Positions 1 through 12,880 of a stretch of DNA of 64,000 bases are shown here, one piece after another. Below the pieces are notes generated by a model that saw nothing but the letters and a program-made list of their open reading frames with translations, was not told where the DNA came from and made no database searches. This DNA is from the human T2T-CHM13v2.0 reference genome, Homo sapiens: assembly GCF_009914755.1 (NCBI RefSeq), contig NC_060932.1; one strand, 5' to 3'. Position numbers and translations under genes: made by a program. Positions within the stretch are counted from its first letter, which is position 1; the number at the start of each line of letters is the position of its first letter.

Positions 1-492
1 GCTGCAAAACAAGCCACATTAAAACATAGTAGCCTGAAGTATCAATAATAGCCATTATTATTGCTCATGAATCGAAGAGCAAGCTAATAGGTCTTCTGGA
101 CTCTCTTTAAATTATTCATGTGTCCATGGCCAGCTTCAGGTTAGGCAGGCAGCTTTGCTGATCTTTGAGCATTTTTATGTATTTGGAGATAGCACTGCTG
201 TTAGCTGGCCTATAATGATCTTGGCTTTTCTCGGCATAATCTTCCAGCAGGCCATCCTGGGCTTTTTGTCCAGTCATGGCAGGTTCCGAGAGAGAAGGAT
301 CTCAAGGCCACTTGAAGCCTAGTCTTGAGCTGGCGGACTTCACATTTCTCATTCTGTTGGCCAGAGAAAATGAAGAAGCCAGCCCAGATTCAGGAGCTGG
401 AGAAATGCACTCAGCCTCTTGAAGGAAGGATCTTCAAAGTTGTATTGTAAAGGGCATAGATAAGGGTCCATTTTTATAATCAAATTACCACA
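1..492 (-). mobile_element. Old MaLR solo LTR (MLT1, H-L type), cut by the window edge
   Basis: Typical MLT1 phrases (attctgttggccagag...gccagcccagattcagg...ggagaaat) and terminus ...aattaccaca. Confidence 0.7.
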
Positions 493-899
493 AACTTCAA
501 AGATAAGTAGAAGCACAACTGGCAAAGATAATGTGTAAATATGCATCCAGGTATAAGAAGCAATTTGAGAAAAGCACAACACAGGTTCTATAAAGGGCAA
601 AGAGAATTGCTGCCAGAACAAAGATTTTGTGTGTGCAGGCCTAGAAGAACACTCAAGATTTATGAGAAAGAGGACTAGAAATAACACCTGGGAGGACCTT
701 CCATTCCACACTAAAGAATCTATGATCAGTTGAAGCAACCAAGAATTATAGCAGTTCTCTTGTGCAGCATTGATCACTGATCCCCATTTCTTATTCTGGA
801 AACTGCCCCCTTCTGTGCATTCAATGATAACTACTCTTTCTTTGTGTACTTATTATTTCTCTAATGTTTATTCTTCACTGTTTTAGTTCTCTGTCTCCA

Positions 900-1300
900 T
901 CCTCTGTTAATTTGAGGCCACTCGACATTCTCTGCTTAGCCTTTTGTTGTTCAAAAATACCTCCTCAACAATTTCATCCACTTCATTAATTTTCACTAAT
1001 GTCATTTGATGGCTGTCAGATCTATAGCCCTCCCAGATTCTGGAGAGCTGTGATCTTGTTTATGTAACTGCATCCTGGACATACATCTGCAGTTCTAACT
1101 TAACTTGTTTCAAAGACAATCTCCTTATTTTGCCTTCTATGCTCCTCATTCTCCTGTGTATTCTCCTAGTTAAAGACCACTGTTATCCATTCAAATACAC
1201 AAGTCAGGAAGTCAGGAAACACCTGAACATCCTCTCTTTCCCTCATTTCTTACATTGAGTCTGCAGGTCCTGAGTCAGTTATATTTCCTAATATGTTATC
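900..1300 (+). mobile_element. Degraded L2 LINE fragment
   Basis: Pyrimidine-rich L2-like text (ccactgttatccattc...aagtcaggaaacacctg..catcctctctttccctca). Confidence 0.45.
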
Positions 1301-2139
1301 AGTATCTGAATGCTCTATTTATGAGCTGTGGCTGTGGCTCATTGGGTGCTTCAAATTGTGTAGGAAGGACAGAGATAATTTGCCTCACTTAATTTTAATT
1401 GGAAGATGGTTTTACTGATGTCTTAATGATATCTTGATCAAGTCATATATAAGTAAAAAATTATTTTTTGAAGCATTCCATAATTTGCTTCTAATAACCT
1501 AAGATTATACACCTCATTACAAGAGGCAAGTGTGTTATCCTGAAAGACTGGCAAGAGCATGCCTTTCAATGTAACTTTTGACCTTTTTATGCACTAGACC
1601 CAGAAATCTTGTTTTCATGTGACTTGCAGTCATATGGCATATAGCATTTCTCCATGGTCAGTGCAAAGGCTTAGCCCATCTGCATCTTGGCACGATATGA
1701 ATTGGGCTCTTCCTCCAAGTCTGACAACAGTACACACAATGAACACTGAAATTTCATAAGTTCTGCTCACCACCTTAAGCAAGGGTTATTTAAGCAGCTT
1801 TCTAAAAACAAAATCTTATGTGGAACCTCACACATAAAGCAAATAAAAGAAGAGCTTGCTTTGTTAAAGTATGGATAAAAGTACCCAAACTTTGCCCCTG
1901 GTCTCCATCCCAACCTTTCTAATCACCTCCTGCAAAGCCCTTGGAGCACTCTAACTAATCTTAAGGCTCTGAAAAATCCAACTAAAAATATCACGAACCT
2001 AGGGGAAACATGAGACCAATATACTCTAGGAAAAGAGCAAATGTCATTTATACAGAAGTACATCATGACTTGAGCTAAATCTGATCAATCCTAGACAACA
2101 AAAAAGAAAAAAGTTGCATTAATCATAAAAGATTGAATT

Positions 2140-2705
2140 CATATTTTTATTGATATATAATAATTATACATATTTTTGGAGGTACAAGTGATGTTTTGAT
2201 ATGTGTATAATATGATCAAATCAGGGTAATTGGAATATCCATTACTTCACATATTTGCTTTTCTTTGTATTGGGAACATTCCAAATCTTCTAGCTATTTT
2301 GAGATACACAATAAATTATTGTTCACTATAGTCTTTCTACTATACTATCAACTCCTGGAATTTATTCCTTCTATCTAGTGGTGTTTTGGTCCCCATTAAC
2401 CAAATTCTCCTCATTCATTCTCCCCACTACCCTTCCTAGCCTCTGGTAATTGCAGCACTATTCACAATAGCCAAGATATGGAATCAACTTCTGTCCATCA
2501 ATGGATGAATAGACTTTTAAAAATATGCTATATACATACAATAGGATGTCATTCAGCCACAAAAAAAGACTGAAATCTTATGATTTGTAGCAACATAGAT
2601 AGAACTAGAGATCATTGTGTTAAGTGAAATAAGCCATTCATAGAAGACAAATACCACATCTTCTCAGTCATATGTGGGAGCCAAAATAATGGATCATATC
2701 AAAGT
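2140..2705 (-). mobile_element. Short L1MA-type 3' end with internal inversion (about 2140-2450 minus, 2450-2705 plus)
   Basis: Minus-strand L1MA 3'UTR (tgatcaaatcagggtaattgg...ccttcctagcctctggtaa) fused directly to plus-strand ORF2-end/3'UTR text (tgcagcactattcacaatagccaagatatggaatcaa). Confidence 0.8.
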
Positions 2706-2749
2706 GGATTCAGAATCTTGACCAGACAAAGAAAGAGAGAGGACGTCTC

Positions 2750-3512
2750 CCTCAATTCCAGTAGAACCTCCTCTATGTTACAACTCTAGAATGAGGCTTT
2801 TTCTCCCCAATCTTCTGTCGTTGCTTCCCTTACCTGGACTGCCCTGATCATATCTTACCTGGATTCTTGAACTAAACTACCTGGTTACCCTGCTGTTAGT
2901 TCCTGACCCATCCAGCAAATGAGTAGAACACTTTCCAAAGTCATCTCACTAAAACCAAATATTATCTCATAGCTTTATTATCTGTGAAATATGGAGTAAA
3001 GTTCAAATTACACAGCTTTCCCCAGAAAAAAACCACCCTTGAGGAGTCCCTGACCAAACTCTCTGGTCAATCCTGCCTTTCTTAACTCACGTCCTAAACC
3101 CCAGTAATCCTGGGAAAAATTAGAGATCTTCAAACTTGCTACACTTTATATCTCCATATCTCTGTAAATATTGTTCTTTCTGCTTACAATTAGCTTTTCT
3201 CTAGTGTCTACCTAGTGCAAGTGCATCTATCCCTATGCGGATTTCATATTGCCTTCTCCTCTCTGAAGACTTTTCTAATCCTCTCACCTTAGCCTTGATC
3301 CCTCCTTCCTTGCCTTATCATGGCACTTTTTACATGCTCAAAATGTTTCACCAATCATACTGTATTACAATTATTTCATGACATGTCATTGTGCCAAACT
3401 TAATTGCAATTTCTACAGGTGAAAGGGCCAAGTCTTATTTACTTTATCATCACCCACACCTAACACAGTACATGACATCAGGCAATGGTTTAGTGACATT
3501 CAATGAACGAAT
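2750..3512 (+). mobile_element. L2 LINE 3' fragment
   Basis: L2-like body ending cacctaacacagtacatgacat...caatgaacgaat (decayed tgaatgaa tail). Confidence 0.6.
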
Positions 3513-5234
3513 TATGGAAGCAAAGCTTTAAGAAAATAAATATAGGAACAGCATGGAAAGTGAATCAGAGAGAAAGCCACGTGCATGGGATCGGTTAAAC
3601 GGGTATTGAGATAATCCTGGCTGGTGATAATAATAATGAGGTAAAAATAATAATGAGGCAGAAAATTGTCAATGCCTATGGAGCAAGGAATAATACTGGG
3701 TATCTCTGAAAACAGAATCTGCAATACGCAGCAAGAGTTTGAAAGGGCAGAAGGAGTAATTGACAATAAATCCAAAATTGAGGCCAGAGCCAAGAATGAA
3801 TGATTTTAATAACAAGCCTTGGGAAAGCAGGAGGGAAGCTGAATAACTCAGTTTTGGGAATAATAAACATGGATTCTATGCTGTGCACAATGCTAGCTAT
3901 TGCTGACATGTTGCTTTTTTGTACTCTCCTCAGTTTTGAAAGCAGAACTCAGGGGAGAGTGAAGGCTCAGAATTGTCGACTGCGTGACATATGTCTAAGA
4001 GCACTGAGGGTAGTCATGGTCAAGGCTGTAATCTCTGCCATTTGCTCTTCTCTCACATTGGAGAGCATACAATAGGAAAATTTTTTAAATTAAGGGAGTA
4101 TTTTCTGCACCTTAAAATGAATGGTCCCAAATGAAGGAATTTTTTTAAAGAAACACATATTTTATATGTATGCACACACTTATAGTGCACTTATTTCTGT
4201 ATATATAAAAACGCAAAAATAAATATACAAGTTTTTATATACACAAACATACAATGTTTGTATTGGGGAACTGAGCTTTTGATTTTTAATTTTTAATGGC
4301 CTCTGTTAATTTTCACTCAATCAGATATCTAATTTGATCACTGTATTTTCGTGTCTGAAGTATATTTTTCAAGGGAATCCATGTTAACAATACTGAACTG
4401 TTCTGTTAAACTTTTAAATTATTGTCAGAATTTTTTCCTTATAGGTCATTCATTGTAATGGAGTAAGAATGAATCTAAATCTGGATTAAAAGATTTTGGT
4501 GAATTGGGAGTGTTTTTTCCCCAGACTCAGAATTAATGACTTAATGCTCCCTGAAGATTTCATATCTATAGGCAACATGCACCATCTTGCTGAGTTAAAA
4601 TCCTAGTAAGGATTGGATTAATTCTCCATTTCTAATGAGAAGAGAATAATACCAACAATGATTCTAATTATATCTCGGACTTGAAGAGTTCATTCCTTCC
4701 TAGGAGCTAAAGGAAAGTCTGCATCTGTTACGTAATTTATGCATAAAGACAAAGTCATTTGACAAAGGTTACACTGTATGATTAGAATCCAATGTGATAG
4801 AAATTCTGCATTTTTGATTCTACATTTAGTTCTCTTTGCTTTAAGTTCCCAATTAAAAAAAAAAAGAAACAATAAATTGTAACGTACAAAACGAATAATT
4901 CTAATTTGATGTGAGGAAGATATTTCTGAGAGACATTTGTGAGATTTGAGAGTGTGGATTAGAAGAAGCTGTGAAATTTTTTTACTAGAAGTGTTCTAAC
5001 ATAAAGCAGATTCATGTATGTCTGATCTAGTTTGTGGGGATACTATCTGATTGAAGCAAGGTGAAATAAATTATTTATCAAGATTTCCTGTAGTCATAGA
5101 ATTCAATGATTTCTCTTTGATATGCTCTGTTACATTTTTTCCTAATAAGACTCAAAAATACATATATAAATGCAAAATGACACTGTTAAATTGCTTCCTT
5201 TTTGCAGGGAATAAAAGGAAGAGACTTGGGCTGA

Positions 5235-5932
5235 ATCTTTTCATGCTTGCCTCTCTACAGTTTATTTTCAAAACTGCAGCAGGCGTAATCCTTTAAAAAC
5301 ATAGGTCAGACCATTGCAGCCCCTAATCAACACTCTGCATGGCTCCCTATTTCACCTGGAGGAAGAGCCAAGTCTTTTCAACAGCCAACAGAGCCCTACA
5401 TGATCTACAGAGCTATCTCTTCCCCACCTCCCCACTACCTCCCTAGCCTCATCCTCTGCCCTACTACTTGCCTACTCTGTTCCAGCCATGCTGGCTGCCT
5501 TGCGGTCCCTCTGCTGGGAGCACGCCTGCCTCAGGGCCTTTGCATGTGCTGTTTCCTCAGCCTGGGATTCTCTTCCATGAGTTAACCCTATGGCTTTCTG
5601 CCTCCCTTTCTTCAAGTTTTTTCTCAAGTGTTACTTTCTCAATGAGACTATCCTCATTACCCCCTAATTAAAATTTCAAACTTCGTCCACCTCCACTGAA
5701 TTCTTTTTTTTACATAATATTTGTTACTTTCTCACATTCTTCATAACTTGCTTACTTATGTTTGTTTTTGTTGTTTCTCCCCTCCCCCCAACATCTAGAA
5801 TCTCCCAACTTCTAGAACATATGCTCTTGATGGGCAAGGGTCTTTGTCTATTTTAGTTGATGTTTGTTGATTAATTTCAAAATGGTGTCTGTCACATATT
5901 AGGTTCTTCATATGTTTTGTAAAAATGAACTA
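5235..5932 (+). mobile_element. L2a LINE 3' fragment
   Basis: Diagnostic L2a text: ctctgttccagccatgctggc...cctgcctcagggcctttgcatgtgctgtttcctcagcctgg. Confidence 0.8.
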
Positions 5933-6459
5933 ATACTCATTAACTAAGATGAGCAATGATTACAAGTGACTAGTAGGTAGCTTTTATTTTGCAAAAGATG
6001 TAATTTCTATATAAGCATATTTTAGTCAGAGGAGTAAAAAGTTGCCATTCCTGAAAAATTACTCAAAGATATACTCTAGCAAATTGAAAGACAACTGAAA
6101 ATAAGATGAAAAGGCAAAGTATAAAATAATTAAGGCTGAATATCAATACCAATAAAATATAGAACGAAATCTTGTTCATTTTGTTAACCTTTTTAAATAT
6201 AATACACATTTCAAAAACAATTATTGAAAGAGAAAACATAATGTAATAAAATAATGTAATCATAAAGTGGATCTAAAAGTAACAGATTAAATCAGTACAA
6301 ACTGGGAAATAGAAAAAAAAGATATAAGGGACAAAGTAAAAATGGGGAGAATAAGTTCCCACTATTTACAAACAGCATCAATGGAATAAGCATTATTTTA
6401 GAGTAATGATGCCATGAGAAGAAAATGTTCAAGTACTTTTCTTAAACCTGACTTCCACA

Positions 6460-7390
6460 TAACAGACCTTCAAATCCTTGAAGACAGTTGTCATGTCCCA
6501 CCCAGTGCTTAGTATGTGTGAAGCATGATAGACTTTGAACTGTCCCACATAGAACAGAAGTTCAAGTTCTTCTCTCATCTGAGTCCCCTACTCAAGCTCC
6601 TCCTGCAGATTGGATGCCAGAATTGGACAAAAACTTCAGCTGTGGTCCCTGCAACACAAAGGAGAGCACACACACCCTCTCACTTGCTCTAGATATTTTG
6701 CTTTTATGAGTCACCTTAAGATCATGTTTTTGAGGCTATGTTAATGACTCTCATGGAGTTCTTACCAAATTTAATTCCTCAGAATTACGCTACATATACT
6801 CTACTGTGTACAACCAAGTGTAGGACCTCATTCTTTTCCAACTAAATAACAATTTGATAGATTTTAGCTCGTGGCTATATCATGTCAGTGCAATTTTGAT
6901 TCAGCATATTCATGAATCATAAAGTTAATTTCAACTACAAATTTGGGAGAGTATGTTATTTCTTTATTTAAGAAATATAAGTTATTGGGAAAATGCTGAA
7001 AAAGATAATGGAAAGGACGGAACCACGCAACAATCCACTAGAAACCTCCCTTGTGATTGACATCAATGCACTAATAAGCACTATTGAGGTAGCGATTGAG
7101 CTACTTAACTGTTTTCGAATTTCATATTTTTCTATATTAAGAATAAGAACAATTTAAGATTTTCCCAATTTAAGAATGAGTCCTGGACAATTATTTCTTT
7201 AGGTTCTTCATCTGCTAACCCTATCATAGAAATAAATTCAGATATGCTGTTGTCATTAGAAACACGCTGGCTTTCTTGTGACCTTTCTCGGGATATTTAC
7301 ACATTATCGCTTAATAATTTATTCTAAAATCTCTTTCAAGATTCATATCAATAGTTTGCATAATTTTTCTTCCTACTTTTTGAAAACTAG
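6460..7390 (-). mobile_element. L3/CR1 LINE relic
   Basis: CR1-like phrases ttcaaatccttgaagacag, ccagaattggacaaaaacttcagctgtggtc, ccactagaaacctccc...ttgacatcaatgcactaataagcact. Confidence 0.6.
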
Positions 7391-8077
7391 GAAATTAATT
7401 TGATATAGCTACACAAAAGCTGTTCAAAAAAGGTCAAACAAGTTCAAGGAAATTAGTATGATATGCTGCATTATTATAAAGCACACTGCTAGATTTCTCT
7501 GTAATTATACTTTTAATTCTAAATCAATTACTTTGAGAATCTATATTAAACTTTGAATGATGACCAATTAAAAACGTCTTTAAATGGCATTGCCCTTCAA
7601 AATGGAATCAGTGCTAATGAAATAAACTGCTTTTGATATTGTGAAAATCTGATTACATGATTGCTTCTGTAGCTAATTGGACAAACTTGCATATTGAATG
7701 CTTCTAAATATCTGCTTCTCTTCCACCTACTTTTCTATCATTTGGCAGTGATGAGGAGGGAGAAAAGAAGAGGTCTCTTAGTTGAACTTAAGATCTTCAA
7801 AATCCTTTCCATGGTTTATTCATGCTTGTCCTATCCTTTGGTGTTGTTATAGGAAGATATTTAAACTTGCTTGGGTGTTATTAACATTCCTGGAGTTATG
7901 ATTAGTCTTGAACTGTAGCCTGTAGTGGAATTCCACAGAAGGGTAAAGTCATAGTATCTTATGTTATTCAAACTTATCTACTATGCAGAATGAAAAAATA
8001 AGTAACCAATGAATTATTACTTAGAATCTGCTGTTTTAAGAACAAGAATGTTAAAGAAAATTTGTACATTTAATTGC

Positions 8078-8322
8078 TTGGGAGGTCAAGGCAGGAGGAT
8101 CACTTGAGTTCAAGACCAGCCTGGGCAATGTAGTAAGACTCAATCTCTAAAAAATTTCTTTTTAAAATCTAGCTGGATGTGGTAGCACATGCCTGTAGTC
8201 CCAGCTACTGGGTAAGCTAAAGTAGGCACTAGAGCCCAGGATTTCAAGGCTGCAGTGAACTATGATTGCACCACTGTACTCCAGTCTGGGCAATAGAGCA
8301 AGACCCTGTCTCGAAAAAAAAA
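8078..8322 (+). mobile_element. 5'-truncated AluJ
   Basis: Diverged Alu dimer with A tail; flanking near-direct repeats ttaattgcttg / ttagttgcttg are a probable TSD. Confidence 0.9.
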
Positions 8323-10054
8323 TTAGTTGCTTGATGGTGATTTTAAAATTCAGAATGACTTTAGGTAGTTTAGGTTATGTCTCTATGATGTAAAAATGGT
8401 CAACTTAGAAAAATGTAAAGAGTAGGAAGAAATCTCTCAGACAATTTTGGAGGTTCAAATGTACTTGACAATTCAGAGAAGTTACACAGGGTAAAATAAA
8501 GAGGCAAAGAACCTGAAGACCACGCAGATTCCACATCTTGTGCTTAAACACTGGTGCTTTCGGTCAGGTTGTTACAACTCCCTGAATTGCAATTTCCTTA
8601 GCTAAAAAATGGAGAAATAATATTTTCCAGAATTGCCTCAGGATAATTTCATTCAAATGTGGAAGTGTCTTATGAACTATGAAATGCACTGCAGACTCCC
8701 AGAAATATAATCTCTTTTTCCATTCATCCCCTAATTCAATAAGTATGGTCAATTTGGCAGACATGTATTATTTAAACCTTGAATCACCTATTAATCATCA
8801 CCTTTGGCAAAGAAAATGGAGATGCAAAAGTAGGTTCTGTATAAAAAGCTTAAATACATGATTTGCAGCGAAGCTGTATTTACTCAGTTAAAAAAAGAAA
8901 TTTATCTTAGAAGCCAGTTTTAAAATGATAATTAACTGTTTTGTGTTGTCTAGTTAACTGATTCTTCAACAAACATAGTTTGAAGAAGTTAGACCTTTTG
9001 TTTTATGCAAAATAAATTATCATCAGACCATATTTTCTAAGCTGAAAAATATTGTATTTTTATACTATTGTCTTCCATCCATTTAGTTTATGTACCTTAA
9101 CTGCTTCATGGTGCTCTTGGCCAGAAACAAATTATTTCTAAATATTATGTTTGCATTTTGATCCTTTATCTTAACTGTAAAATTATACATAGCTAGTCTT
9201 TTCTCTTATAAACCCATCTGTGGTTGCTGAAAAGTAAATTATTTTGTTGAAGGTCAGCATTAAATCCAGCCAGATTTACCTTTTATTAATCCCTGTTTGT
9301 TGCTTAGGGATTTTATCACTGTGCTAGAACCACTTTTTGGCCCCAGAATCTTTTCTCTCAATTTAATTCATAATGCCACTATAATGCAATAGATGTTAGG
9401 ATTTGGCCATCTGGGCATTTTAAAACATGGCAGCAGACCAGTGGAGTCTCAGTTTGGTGTTGCATCTGATGTTCCCTCCTTACTACACATGACCAGCCAT
9501 TTTTCAAAAATGCAGAGCCTGTGTCCAACAGTTTACTGTGGCCACATGAGCTTTAGTCACGCTTTGTAACTCTCAATTAGAAAAATCTCAAATTTAGTCA
9601 TTACAAGTTTTATGGGTTGTGAGAGCACAAGGGGTCCTTAAAATGACCAGACAGCTGAAAGACGTGGCAGGCAGTGAAACATCAAGCAAGGAAGTATCCT
9701 CGCAGGCCAGTGACTAACGATCCCTCCTGCGCTCAGTTTATGTTGAAATTAAAGTAAAATCCTATTTTCAGTATTGAGTAAATGGGGTCGCTAGAATGCT
9801 ATGCAACAGAATTATATGTGGAAAAAAATGATGTGACGTATACAATTACCTCAGCTATTCAAATTAGCTCTTTTCAGAAGTGGTCTCTGGAACCCTGTTT
9901 CCATCATTTGGCAATGAGCCAGAGGGAAAAACAAATATTTCCCAGGCTTCTCTCCCAACCGAGGAGCTGCACATTCTTCAAAATCTCAGATTTCACCTCT
10001 TATTTGAAGCCTGTCTTGCATGGCCATTTGGAACTGACATTTCTGCTGCAATTC

Positions 10055-10345
10055 CAAAGCGCGAACTCCGGGGGCTGAAGTCCACCTACGCTCCACTTAA
10101 CCCCATATACTCAGAATGCGCAGTGCGGCATCTGTCCACTGGGGGCGTCTTTTTCCTCGAATTGCGCTAGGGCTCCCCAGCGGCTAACAGTAGCCACCTG
10201 CGCTTGTGTGCGCGTTATGTATCGTTTCCATCCTTCGTGGCTTGATTTAGTTCTTTATACTCTCGTCCTCATATCTGGATTATAGATCGTTCCCACAGTG
10301 TCTTCACACTTGACCTGCAACCAAAGGATGCTCAAAGTCGGGTAA
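10055..10345. promoter_or_regulatory. Small CpG-retaining, GC-rich non-repeat patch; candidate insulator or enhancer
   Basis: Dense CpGs in CpG-poor surroundings; contains TGCGCAGTGCG and TGTCCACTGGGGGCGTC (10133-10149). Confidence 0.55.
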
Positions 10346-11749
10346 ATATATAGTATCTAATAAATTTCTGTAATTCTCAATTCTTCTACAGTGGCATATG
10401 CTCATTCGAAGAATTTGAGTATGTCATTCTCAATTTGAGTATGTCATGTGTATTATATTTGACATAAATATACAACTTCTAAACCAATATTTTTTGTATC
10501 ATTCCACTCAGAAAGTATCCAGTTTAAGACAGGAGAATACACAATTATAATGTTTAAAAAACTGGGATGGGGTCAAAGGCATTGGAAAAATATTTTAATA
10601 TGGAGATTACGGACGTTACAGAAGCATATGTTTGGTTATTACAATCTTGAAAGTTAGATTTTTATGCACATATTATAGAAAGACAAAATTTCTGTGGAAA
10701 ATTTGTTTCCTGATCAAATTAATAATTATTGTACTTGTATTACCAAGGGTAAATACCAATGACTAAAGTAAACATCGTTTATGTGGTTTTCTAGATGGTT
10801 TCAAATTTGAAATTTAGAGGCTGGAGACTAGCACTACATTTTAACCACTCTTGTAAATTATGTCACCAACATGCTATCCTTACTCACAGATCTATTTTTG
10901 AAAAATTCTAGATGGCTTGATTTTAATTTTATCTCAAATAGTTCTGTTGTTGTAGAACCTACTTAGAAACATTTAAGGTTTAGTTTCCAGAACTTTGTTC
11001 TAGGAAACTTTGTTTGGTTTCACTTGGATTCCTAGATTAAATTTAAGATTCCTTCTGTAGAAATATTATGACCACATATACAACATGTCAATGTAAATGT
11101 CAATGAAGCCATATAATAATAGAAGGATTAAAAATAAAACCCACAGGGAATTATGCTGCACTGAATCAAATTGTCAGCATTAATGATCGCCTCCGTTTAC
11201 ACCCATATGTCATTCCTTTCATTCTGTAGCATCGTGGGAATGAGCACTATTAGAGTAATATATTCCAAAATAGCTCATTATGGGTGGGGGTTGGGAAAGA
11301 GAAATATTATTTCATATCATTACTAATAAATTTAATTACCTGTACCCTGCTAGCAGTACATACATTCATTACTTTAATATATTAAAAATATATTACCTAA
11401 AGCCACAGTTAACTAAGTAATAGCACTGCTTAATCTTATGATATTCACTGTTTTTGGTCATCTTTCACTAGATATTCTCTGAAGCAAATTCTCATTTTTG
11501 TTTTAACAATATTATTACCTAATTTAGATTTTTAAGATCAACAGAACATTTTAGCAAGATAATTATTAAAGCTAGGCTTCTACATATTTTCCTGTATGTA
11601 CCATTAAATTATTCCCCAACTCCCCACAAATTGCCTAAAAAAAACTCAAAACATTTAGATATATCAGCTATTTAACCAATTTTATTCCAATTTAATTACT
11701 AATTACTTAGAAATTAATTGCCAGTTTCATTTCTTGAGAACTCCCTCCT

Positions 11750-12880
11750 AAAATCTTTTGCGGTAATGCAATCTGGATTTGTTAAGCTATGTGCCCAGCT
11801 CTCATTCAGAAATCTCCCTGCGGAAACATCCTGGGGATTTCCTGTCTCCCTCTTGCTTGGTTTTCTCTCTCATTTAGTGGCGCACATCTTGGTGTGCACA
11901 GGAAGTACATTTGTTGAGACTTTTATGTTTAATGTATTTTTATTTAAGCTACACACTTGATCTGTTATTTGTCTAGGTGTAAAATGCTGGGCATAACATC
12001 ATTTTTTCATTATATTCTTTCTATATTCTTTAGCACCCAGTATCACTGGTAAGAAAGTCAAAGCCAATTTATATCCTAATCTTTTGTTTATGACTGTTAC
12101 CCTACCCTGAAGCTTGTAGCATTTGCTCTCTGTTCATATACTCTAAAATTTCTGGATGACTTGATTGGATATTGGTCCATTTTCATCCACTGTGCTGGTT
12201 ACTCCATAGACTCTTTCAATATGTCAACTTACGATAATTGATTTGAGAAATGGTCTCAAAATATTTTATTGCTCATTCAGTTCCCTTCCTCTGTTCCAGG
12301 AACATCCATATTTGGTTACCCATCTTCCCTGGTTGAATGTTTAATTTTCTTATCTTTTCTTTCTTATTTTCATCTTTTAAAATAATGTATCTTCTAGAAG
12401 ATTTTTTAACTGTATTTTCTAAACTTTCTAAATGAGATTTTAGTTTACATTACAATATGTTTCATACCTAAAAGATCATTTTTTTCTGCCTAAATTTTCC
12501 CTTTTTATAGTATTTTAATCCTCCTCCATAGTTATAATATTTTATCTTGGCTTTCTGCAGATATGAACAATAGTCCTTTTTTCTAGAGAAGGAGAGCTAT
12601 CTTCATCATTAGGGTGTCTGTTTCTTTCAAGTACTTTGTATGTTTCTTCCTGTTTGTTGTGGTCTCTGTTCCCCATTTTTGTGGCTTTACTCAAACGTCT
12701 AACAATTCTTAGTTGTAGGCTCATATGTAAAAGTTGGGATAGGAATTGCTCAAAAGCTCTTAATACGTGCTGTGAGTCTTATTGCCAGTCTCCTTCATAG
12801 TAAGATGACAGATTTGGCTTGACTCTCCAGCTGGTCAGATATCCCAAAGAGAGCCTTCTAGATTTCCACCTGGAACAAAA
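11750..12880 (-). mobile_element. Ancient L1M/HAL1-like fragment
   Basis: T-rich decayed L1 ORF1-region text (cacacttgatctg..tttgtctaggtgtaaaatgctggg; ttttcatccactgtgctgg). Confidence 0.5.
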
